Source: Verrucomicrobia bacterium GWF2_51_19
GTDB taxonomy: Bacteria > Verrucomicrobiota > Verrucomicrobiia > Opitutales > UBA12508
Reading direction: 5' to 3'
DNA: 45,307 nt
Assembly: GCA_001831095.1 (NCBI GenBank)
Contig: MIDP01000001.1
Span: forward strand, 1 to 45,307
Within the stretch, counting starts at the first letter, position 1, and every line of letters starts with the position of its first letter. The notes under the pieces were generated by a model, which had not been told where the DNA came from, did not search any database, and saw only the letters and a list, made by a program, of their open reading frames with translations. A program made the position numbers and the translations under genes. Below, piece after piece: positions 36,788 through 43,655 of the stretch.

Positions 36788-38010
36788 AAATAATCCCACG
36801 GTGGACGGAGCCTTTGCTGGAAAAGGCTTTAAGCACAATGCCGGTTGTCGTTATCAGCGGAGCTCGGCAGACGGGCAAAACAACACTGGTAAAGAAGGCA
36901 AAAAGTTGCCTCAAGCGAAAGTTTCTCTCTTTTGACGATTTGGATGTCTTAGATCAGGCGAAACGGTCGCCAGACTCATTATTGAATGAGCTTCCTGTAA
37001 CGATTGACGAGGTGCAGCGGTATCCCGATTTTTTATTGAGTGTAAAAAAGAAAGTCGATGATCAACGCAACCCCGGGATGATTTTGTTAACGGGGTCTGC
37101 CAATTTAGCTCTGATGCGAGGAGTCAGTGAAAGTCTAGCGGGTCGAGCGCTCTATGTCGAGCAAGCTCCCTTTTGTGCGGCAGAATGGTTTGGCCGAACA
37201 GCAGTATTCACGTTAATCGATGCTTTTTTCGACAAAACAATGCCGCTCGTGGCTCGGAATGATGCCCAAACGTCTTGGGAATCGTCCTTTTTGTCTGGCG
37301 GTTATCCTTCCGTCATGCAGCTGCAGTCGCCTGAAGAGCGCAGTTTGTGGCATTCTGGGTATATCAAGACTTACTTAGAGCGCGATCTCAGAATGTTGGG
37401 TGAAATCAGCAGCATTATTGATTTCCAGAGGCTGATGCGAATGGCGGCGTTGCGCACGGCGAGACTCTTAAATCAGTCTGAGTTGGCCAGGGACGCAGGC
37501 CTTTCGCAATCAACGTGTCATCGTTATCTCAATCTTTTAGAAACGGGTTATCAAATTTCAAGGATGCATAACTTGACGTTGAATAGAGCCAAAGGGTTGG
37601 TGAAGAGCGCGAAATTGATGTGGTCCGATTCTGGTATTTGTGCGAACCTCGCCCATATGTACAACGAAGAGGATGTGCGTGGTCGGGCGGATGTCGGGTT
37701 TTGGTTGGAACAGCACGTTTTTCAGACTTTGCAGGCGTGGAAAGCCTCTCACTACAATGCATCCATTCATTACTGGCATCAAAGGCCGCACGAGGTCGAT
37801 TTCGTTTTGCAAAAGGACAATCGTCTCGTGGCCATTGAGATCAAACTGAGTTCGCAGATCCGCACGGATGACATAAAGGGCCTTCAAGCGTTTCAAGAAA
37901 CATTTAAGCGTCATTTTGCCGTAACGCGGGGCATTGTTATTTACAGCGGCAAGGACATGAAGGACTTAGGCAATGATATGTTGGCCGTTCCCATCCAATC
38001 TTTAACATAA
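36781..38010 (+). CDS. AAA+ ATPase of AAA_14/DUF4143 type with C-terminal D..ExK motif (paralog 3 of 4)
   Basis: GTG start. Walker A GARQTGKTT, TIDEVQ, TYLERDL segment, EVDFV-x-IEIK. Confidence 0.85.
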   Translation: MNKIIPRWTEPLLEKALSTMPVVVISGARQTGKTTLVKKAKSCLKRKFLSFDDLDVLDQAKRSPDSLLNELPVTIDEVQRYPDFLLSVKKKVDDQRNPGMILLTGSANLALMRGVSESLAGRALYVEQAPFCAAEWFGRTAVFTLIDAFFDKTMPLVARNDAQTSWESSFLSGGYPSVMQLQSPEERSLWHSGYIKTYLERDLRMLGEISSIIDFQRLMRMAALRTARLLNQSELARDAGLSQSTCHRYLNLLETGYQISRMHNLTLNRAKGLVKSAKLMWSDSGICANLAHMYNEEDVRGRADVGFWLEQHVFQTLQAWKASHYNASIHYWHQRPHEVDFVLQKDNRLVAIEIKLSSQIRTDDIKGLQAFQETFKRHFAVTRGIVIYSGKDMKDLGNDMLAVPIQSLT

Positions 38011-38048
38011 AACTCTTAGCTCGCTTTTTTAAAAAAAGGCTCCATGGT

Positions 38049-38168
38049 AAAGGCCGTTGAAAAATGTTCTATAGCAAGGCCCGAGGAATGAGGGCGACAG
38101 GAGCCTACTGACGTAGGTGACTTAGCCAGAACGCCGAGAACGCCGCTACCCATTTTTCAACGGCCTTT
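38049..38168 (+). repeat. family A palindromic element, copy A7
   Basis: Perfect 18-bp arms 38049..38066 / 38151..38168. The core is identical to A2. The right arm runs into a 7-T tract, so it is terminator-like for ATPase paralog 3. Confidence 0.95.
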
Positions 38169-38178
38169 TTTTACAAAA

Positions 38179-39969
38179 ATGAATATACGTAATTTCTGCA
38201 TCATAGCACACGTCGATCACGGCAAAACGACGCTTTCGGATCGTCTTCTGGAAAAGACACACACGGTGTCCAAGCGGGAGATGCAGGATCAGTTGCTGGA
38301 CTCGATGGACCTCGAGCGCGAACGCGGGATAACCATCAAGTGTCACCCGGTGGCGATGCATTACAAGGCGAAAAATGGCCAAACGTATTTGCTCAATCTG
38401 ATCGACACCCCTGGACACGTCGATTTCTCGTATGAAGTCTCGCGCAGTTTGGCGGCCTGCGAAGGTGCCCTTCTCTTGGTTGACGCCGCGCAAGGCATTG
38501 AGGCACAGACAGTTGCAAACGCTCACCTGGCGTTTAATCAGGGCCTGGTCGTCATTCCGGTCATCAACAAGATCGACCTTCCTGGCGCGCACCCGGAACT
38601 CATTCGCAAGCAGCTGGAGGACGTCCTTGCGATAGAGGCCGATCACGCGATTTTGGCCAGCGGCAAGTCTGGTATTGGCATTGAAGAGATTTTAGAGACG
38701 GTGATTGAAAAGGTGCCGGAGCCGCGTTTGGCAGATTTCCCGGAACCGCGCGCCCTGGTCTTTGACTGCGTCTTTGACGCTTTCAAGGGCGTTATCTGTT
38801 ACGTGCGCAACTTTTCTGGAAGCATTCGCCGCGGCGACGAGATTTTACTGATGAATGGCAAGGTCACGTCTCAGGTCAAGGAGGTCGGTGTTTTTGCGCC
38901 CAAAATGACGCCGACAGAGGTCCTCGAGAAGGGCCAAGTTGGCTACGTTGTTACGAGCATTAAGTCCGTGGCAGACATCAAGATCGGCGACACCATCACC
39001 CACGTCTCGACGCCTGCAAAAGAACCACTCCCGGGCTACAAAGAAGTCCGGCCCATGGTCTTCAGCGGCCTCTATCCGCTCGACACCTCCGATTACGAAA
39101 AGCTCAAAACAGCCCTGTCGAAGTTGAACCTCAACGACTCTTCCCTCGTCTACCAATCAGAGAACTCGGCGGCCCTGGGCTTCGGTTTCCGCTGCGGATT
39201 TCTCGGCTTGCTGCACATGGAAATCGTCCAAGAGCGTCTCCATCGTGAATACGGCCTGGACATTATCTCGACATACCCCAGCGTCGTCTATGACGTGCTG
39301 ACAACGCAAGGGCAGCACCTCCTCATCGACAACCCACTCAATTTGCCCGATCCCACCGTCATCGAAAACATCTCCGAGCCCACCATTCGCGCCACCATCC
39401 ACACTCCCAACGAGTGTATCGGCGATTTACTGGCCATGATCAGTGAAAAGCGCGGCATCTGCGATCACACCGAAACCCTCGATTCCAGCCGCGTTATGCT
39501 CGTCTGCAACCTGCCACTCAACGAGATCCTCATCGATTTCAACGACCGCCTCAAGAGCATCACCAAGGGGTACGGCTCCATGGACTACGAAATGGGCGCC
39601 TATCAGGTCTCTGACCTCGTTCGCATGGATATTTTGGTCAACAGTGACAGCGTCGATGCCTTTTCCACCATCGTTCACCGCAACAAGGCTGAAGGCAAGG
39701 GTCGAGCCCTCTGCGAACGCCTCAAGGACATCCTCCCTCGCCAACTCTTTAAAGTCGCCATCCAGGCCTCCATCGGCAGCAAGGTCATCGCCCGCGAAAC
39801 CATCGGCGCCCTCCGCAAAGACGTCACCGCCAAGTGCTACGGCGGCGATATCACCCGCAAGAAAAAACTGCTCGAGAAGCAAAAGGAAGGCAAAAAACGC
39901 ATGAAACAAATCGGCAAGGTCTCCATACCCCAGGAAGCCTTTATCAATATCCTAAAAACCACAACGTAA
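38179..39969 (+). CDS. lepA: translation elongation factor 4 (LepA)
   Basis: 596 aa. IRNFCIIAHVDHGKTTLSDRLL, DTPGHVDF, NKID, and a LepA-specific C-terminal domain. Confidence 0.95.
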   Translation: MNIRNFCIIAHVDHGKTTLSDRLLEKTHTVSKREMQDQLLDSMDLERERGITIKCHPVAMHYKAKNGQTYLLNLIDTPGHVDFSYEVSRSLAACEGALLLVDAAQGIEAQTVANAHLAFNQGLVVIPVINKIDLPGAHPELIRKQLEDVLAIEADHAILASGKSGIGIEEILETVIEKVPEPRLADFPEPRALVFDCVFDAFKGVICYVRNFSGSIRRGDEILLMNGKVTSQVKEVGVFAPKMTPTEVLEKGQVGYVVTSIKSVADIKIGDTITHVSTPAKEPLPGYKEVRPMVFSGLYPLDTSDYEKLKTALSKLNLNDSSLVYQSENSAALGFGFRCGFLGLLHMEIVQERLHREYGLDIISTYPSVVYDVLTTQGQHLLIDNPLNLPDPTVIENISEPTIRATIHTPNECIGDLLAMISEKRGICDHTETLDSSRVMLVCNLPLNEILIDFNDRLKSITKGYGSMDYEMGAYQVSDLVRMDILVNSDSVDAFSTIVHRNKAEGKGRALCERLKDILPRQLFKVAIQASIGSKVIARETIGALRKDVTAKCYGGDITRKKKLLEKQKEGKKRMKQIGKVSIPQEAFINILKTTT

Positions 39970-40094
39970 GACCGAGTCAAAATAGCGCCAAAATGCGTTT
40001 TGCGCTCCGCTGACTGCCTCACGTACCTCTATGTACGCTACGGCATTCATGCTCGCGCAAAGCCACATTTTTGCATCTATTTTGCATCGGTCTT
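39968..40094 (-). repeat. family B palindromic element, copy B6
   Basis: Arms 39968..39985 / 40077..40094 pair at 16 of 18. The minus-strand core is GTAG-cgtac-atagag-gtacg-TGA. The left arm begins inside the lepA stop codon. Confidence 0.95.
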
Positions 40095-40175
40095 TGGCTC
40101 GTTGAATAAAAAAGTTTCAAAAGATGCTTTTTTGAAAATGTCGCTTTTTACATAAACATTCATTTTGCATCCGCC
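40095..40175 (+). repeat. family D repeat, copy D2
   Basis: Aligns with 14943..15026. Ends directly against the methyltransferase stop codon at 40176. Confidence 0.8.
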
Positions 40176-40814
40176 TCATTCTGCAGTCTTTTTGACGTAA
40201 AGTTGATACAGCGGGAGGCGTAAAATTTTGATTTTTTGACAGTAAATCGTTGTAAAGGCGTCAATAGCGCTTTTGGGGCAAAGCACGGGATCGATATAGG
40301 AAGTATCTTTCGTCTGCCATAAATAGTCGTCAAAAGCCATCACTCCACCCACTTTTAGCAAGCGAAATGCCAGTACGGTATCGAACAAAACATCGGAAGC
40401 GACGTGTGAGCCATCGATGTAAATCCAGTCGAAAGAGCCTGCCTGTCCCTCTGTCAACAGTTGGCAGAGTATTTTATCGCTGAACCCCTTATGTTTTTTT
40501 AGCGTTACTGGGTGTTTGGCAGAAGCTTGTGCTAGACGGACATTTTTGTCAAATCTCGCTTCTATCGGCTGAGTTTGGTTGTCCCAAGTATCAACGCAAT
40601 GCAATTCAATGGGCCGCTCTGAGGCTAACTTTTGCATGATGTAACACGCAGACGCTCCTTCATAAGAGCCGACTTCCATGAGTTTAGATGGGTTTACTTT
40701 GAGAAGCAATGTATCCCAGTTTTTTTTCGCTGCGCCATCAAACCAACTGTTTGTAAACTCAAACGCGGCGGCTGAAAGAGTGGTGACTTCTGATGAAGAA
40801 ATATCTAATTGCAT
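40176..40814 (-). CDS. class I SAM-dependent methyltransferase (Methyltransf_24-like)
   Basis: 212 aa. MEVGSYEGAS motif I-like, later FDWIYIDGSH and GGVMAFDDY. Visibly AT-richer than its neighbours. Confidence 0.65.
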   Translation of the reverse strand: MQLDISSSEVTTLSAAAFEFTNSWFDGAAKKNWDTLLLKVNPSKLMEVGSYEGASACYIMQKLASERPIELHCVDTWDNQTQPIEARFDKNVRLAQASAKHPVTLKKHKGFSDKILCQLLTEGQAGSFDWIYIDGSHVASDVLFDTVLAFRLLKVGGVMAFDDYLWQTKDTSYIDPVLCPKSAIDAFTTIYCQKIKILRLPLYQLYVKKTAE

Positions 40815-40863
40815 GATCTCATCATTTTAATTGCAACATCCCATTGTGCGCAACAACAAACTC

Positions 40864-40881
40864 GAGTTTCGCGCTCCGCCG
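40864..40881 (-). repeat. short fragment of family B
   Basis: gagtttcgcgctccgccg matches the gcatttcgcgctccgccg segment of B2/B5/B6. Confidence 0.5.
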
Positions 40882-41131
40882 TCCTGGAGGTTTTTTCAAA
40901 AATAAAATTTTTTATATTGACAGTGCTTTCGGTATCGATTCTGATGAAATTATCTTTTTAATCAAAAGCGCTTGATTAGGCGTTTTGAAAGCGCAAAAAA
41001 ATTTGCTGCAGGGGGACGGGACCACTTAAGTAGAGAAGAAATGTGAACGCCTACGTCACCCCCTGCAGCTCTTGGACTCCTGGGGAAGCCTTATACTGTG
41101 TATAGTCGGCTGTTTTCTCCAAATCTTAAAA

Positions 41132-41181
41132 AAAGATCGATGCAGAATAGCCCAACGACGTTCTTGTCGTTTTGGCTGAGG
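41132..41181 (-). repeat. truncated family A element (arm plus first about 30 nt, no core)
   Basis: aaagatcgatgcagaatagcccaacgacgttcttgtcgttttggctgagg aligns with the left end of A3 (aagatcgatgcaaaatggtctatagcgacgttctcgtcgttcgggctagg). It stops where the transporter remnant begins. Confidence 0.75.
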
Positions 41182-41335
41182 CGTCGAACTGAAGACGATC
41201 CAGGAAGTGATCACCGTGATCGTCTTTTTCGCCTTCTCGATTCTCTACCTCGGTGAAAAAATCCGCTGGAACCACGCCCTCGGCCTCACCCTCATCGCCT
41301 TGGGCGCGATTTCCGTTTTCTATAAGGCTAGCTGA
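41180..41335 (+). pseudogene. 3' remnant of an EamA/SMR-type small membrane transporter gene
   Basis: 51 sense codons with no credible start: GVELKTIQEVITVIVFFAFSILYLGEKIRWNHALGLTLIALGAISVFYKAS. This resembles the last two TM helices of DMT/SMR proteins. It is preceded directly by a stop codon and a truncated family A repeat. Confidence 0.35.
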
Positions 41336-41350
41336 TTAGTTGTCGTCCTT

Positions 41351-42526
41351 CTATTTCCATTCGTCATCATCGACACCTTTATCTGTCTTCTCTTCAACCT
41401 CATCCAGATTCATTGTCTTGGCTTTTTCAGTTAACGCCTTGAGAATGTCGACTGAACCAACGGTTTCAGGCTTTTCATTGGATGACTTGACAGCAATGGG
41501 TGGCGTCTTGGTGTTTACCTTCTCTTTCACGTCCTCGTCCTCGAATGGGTCTTCGCTTGACGCAAAGGCGTTTTGACGTTTATTGAGGACATCTTTGAGG
41601 AGGTTGTCTCCCTCATTTTTTTGTTTTTCCGCAAGCTTTCTGTCATCGGCTGGTTTTAGTTTGCCCTTATCGAAACCGACAATGCCAGCCAAGAGGTCCT
41701 TTTTGTTGGTATGTTCTTTGCGTTCTTCGATATGTTCTTCGACAGATTCTTGAGTTGTCTCAACTTTATTTTCGCTGACAGCTCCAATTTGACCACGCGC
41801 CCGAATGCTCTCCAGGAGCTTATTACGATCTTCCGTCTTGGCTTCTTCCGGCAGGAATTTTTTATCTAAGCCAGACGGCGGCTGTTTGCCAAAACTCGGG
41901 GCCTTCATGGTTGGTACAGGTTGTGGTGGAACCTCTTTGTTGGTTGACGTTGGTTGTGGCAACAACTCTAATTTTTCACGAACAAGAATCGGCTGCTCGC
42001 TCTCTCTAAACCATTTAGGCTTAAATACGGGCTGATCTAACTCTTTTTGTGGCTCTCGTGGTGTTTCGTTCGAGTTTTTATCTGCCACAGGCTTTTCTTC
42101 ATCAGCGGGCTTTTTCGGTTGTTCTTCGGGCACACTTCGCTCTTCAATGGGGTCGAGGTGTGTTGATGAAAGAGGCTCTTCGTCTATTTCCACAATCCTC
42201 GACGTGTCTGCTGGCTGATTCTCTGCCGGTGGCAACGCAGGTGGTGGAACATCGATGCCGTGCTGATGGAGCCAGTTGTTGACGAGATTCCAGATACCAA
42301 GAGTAGCCACACTCAGAACAACATTGGCCAACGATTTAAAAAAGATGGTAGCCCTTCCATCTAGAGGAGTCGGCTGTAGCCAACGCGTCTGTCCGGCACG
42401 CTGAGCACCTTCTTGAATTGTATTCAAAGCAATCTTGCCAGCTTCCTGGCCTATTTGTTTCTTGGCCTCATCCACAAGGGACTTGAGAGCCTCACCAACA
42501 TTGACACTTTTTGGATCTATCTGCAT
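41351..42526 (-). CDS. hypothetical protein with TM segment, proline-rich stretch and WH2/thymosin-beta-like motifs (candidate actin-binding effector)
   Basis: ATG 42526 is preceded by GAAAGG and a TATAAT box. Contains PPPALPP, LLESIRARG and LLAGIVGFDKGKLKP (compare thymosin-beta IEKFDKSKLKK). Acidic, low-complexity C-terminus. Confidence 0.6.
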   Translation of the reverse strand: MQIDPKSVNVGEALKSLVDEAKKQIGQEAGKIALNTIQEGAQRAGQTRWLQPTPLDGRATIFFKSLANVVLSVATLGIWNLVNNWLHQHGIDVPPPALPPAENQPADTSRIVEIDEEPLSSTHLDPIEERSVPEEQPKKPADEEKPVADKNSNETPREPQKELDQPVFKPKWFRESEQPILVREKLELLPQPTSTNKEVPPQPVPTMKAPSFGKQPPSGLDKKFLPEEAKTEDRNKLLESIRARGQIGAVSENKVETTQESVEEHIEERKEHTNKKDLLAGIVGFDKGKLKPADDRKLAEKQKNEGDNLLKDVLNKRQNAFASSEDPFEDEDVKEKVNTKTPPIAVKSSNEKPETVGSVDILKALTEKAKTMNLDEVEEKTDKGVDDDEWK

Positions 42527-42552
42527 AAAAAACCTTTCTGTTTCCACTTTTA

Positions 42553-42581
42553 ATTATACTCCAGATCTGCAAAGAAAACAA
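42553..42581 (-). promoter_or_regulatory. sigma70-like promoter candidate for the WH2-motif gene
   Basis: The minus strand reads TTGTTT-N17-TATAAT, about 27 nt upstream of ATG 42526. Confidence 0.4.
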
Positions 42582-42626
42582 ATAAAAGTTGTCTTTTTCG
42601 CTCCTTTCGGTTTGGATAGGGGGACT

Positions 42627-42851
42627 ATGGTGAAATTTTTCCTAAAGCTCTCGATATTGCTGAATATTATTTTGTTGGCGTACATTTACTACGGCCACCG
42701 CTTGCTCGACACCGGCATAAACTTTTTGCAGGGCGTCAAGAGCAGCACGGAAGACATAAAGCCCTTGCGCGAGGTCTTCAATAAGGAGGAGCCGGCACAA
42801 AAGCCCGCCACCACGGATTCCGCCAAACCCCGCAGCGAAAACCGGTTTTAA
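42627..42851 (+). CDS. small single-TM membrane protein, stop abuts lpxA start
   Basis: ATG 42627 is preceded by GGATAGGGGGA. MVKFFLKLSILLNIILLAYIYY hydrophobic N-terminus. Stop TAA is directly followed by the lpxA ATG. Confidence 0.4.
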   Translation: MVKFFLKLSILLNIILLAYIYYGHRLLDTGINFLQGVKSSTEDIKPLREVFNKEEPAQKPATTDSAKPRSENRF

Positions 42852-43655
42852 ATGATCGCATCCACGGCTATTGTTTCGCCGCGGGCGGAAATCGGGCGAA
42901 ATGTGTCTATTGGGCATTACACGGTTGTCGACGAGGGTGTCGTGCTCGAAGACGGCGTTTGCTTGGCTGAGCACGTTGTTGTGCGTCGAGGGACTCACCT
43001 GAAGGCGCATTGCAAAGTCGATAGCTTCTGTGTGCTCGGAGGGCTGCCGCAAGACCTCCACTTCGACGCCTCCAAAGACACAGGACTCATCGTCGGGGAA
43101 AACACGGTCCTACGCGAGGGCGTCACGCTGCATCGATCGACGCAAGAAGGCAGTCCAACGGAGATCGGCGCTAACGGCTTTCTCATGGGCTATTCGCACG
43201 TCGCGCACGATTGCAAGTTGGGCCACAACGTTATTTTAGCCAACAGTGCGCTACTCGGCGGACACGTGAAGCTCGCTGACTACGTCTTTATCGGTGGCAA
43301 CACCGGCATTCATCAACACATCCACGTCGGCGAAAGCGCCATTGTCAGCGGCTCTTCGGCCATGTCATGCCACGTTCCACCTTTTTCGATGACGGCTGAA
43401 CGGAACCGCCTTGCCGGCCTCAACCTCGTTGGACTCAAGCGCCGCGGCTTCTCCAGCGACGTCATTGCCGACATCAAACAGTGCTTTTTCGCCGTCTACC
43501 ACGAAGGCGACTGTTCCCTCAAGGCCAACGCCGAGCGAGCCCTCGCCGATTCCCTGCCCAAGACTCCACAAGGCGCACAGTTCCTAACTTTCTTCGTCGA
43601 GCAGAGCGGCCGCTTCGTCCAGAAAAAAGAGCACCTAGTACAAAAAGCCAAATAG
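42852..43655 (+). CDS. lpxA: acyl-ACP--UDP-N-acetylglucosamine O-acyltransferase LpxA
   Basis: 267 aa. N-terminal hexapeptide repeats (IASTAIVSPRAEIGRNVSIGHYTVVDEGVVLEDGV), and the HVAHDC and C-terminal helical domain pattern of LpxA. Confidence 0.9.
   Translation: MIASTAIVSPRAEIGRNVSIGHYTVVDEGVVLEDGVCLAEHVVVRRGTHLKAHCKVDSFCVLGGLPQDLHFDASKDTGLIVGENTVLREGVTLHRSTQEGSPTEIGANGFLMGYSHVAHDCKLGHNVILANSALLGGHVKLADYVFIGGNTGIHQHIHVGESAIVSGSSAMSCHVPPFSMTAERNRLAGLNLVGLKRRGFSSDVIADIKQCFFAVYHEGDCSLKANAERALADSLPKTPQGAQFLTFFVEQSGRFVQKKEHLVQKAK

Noticed and set aside
40917-40950. Promoter call from the TTGACA hexamer at 40917..40922
   Set aside because: There is no acceptable -10 hexamer at a 16-18 bp spacing, so it is mentioned only as context for the 41005..41069 stem.
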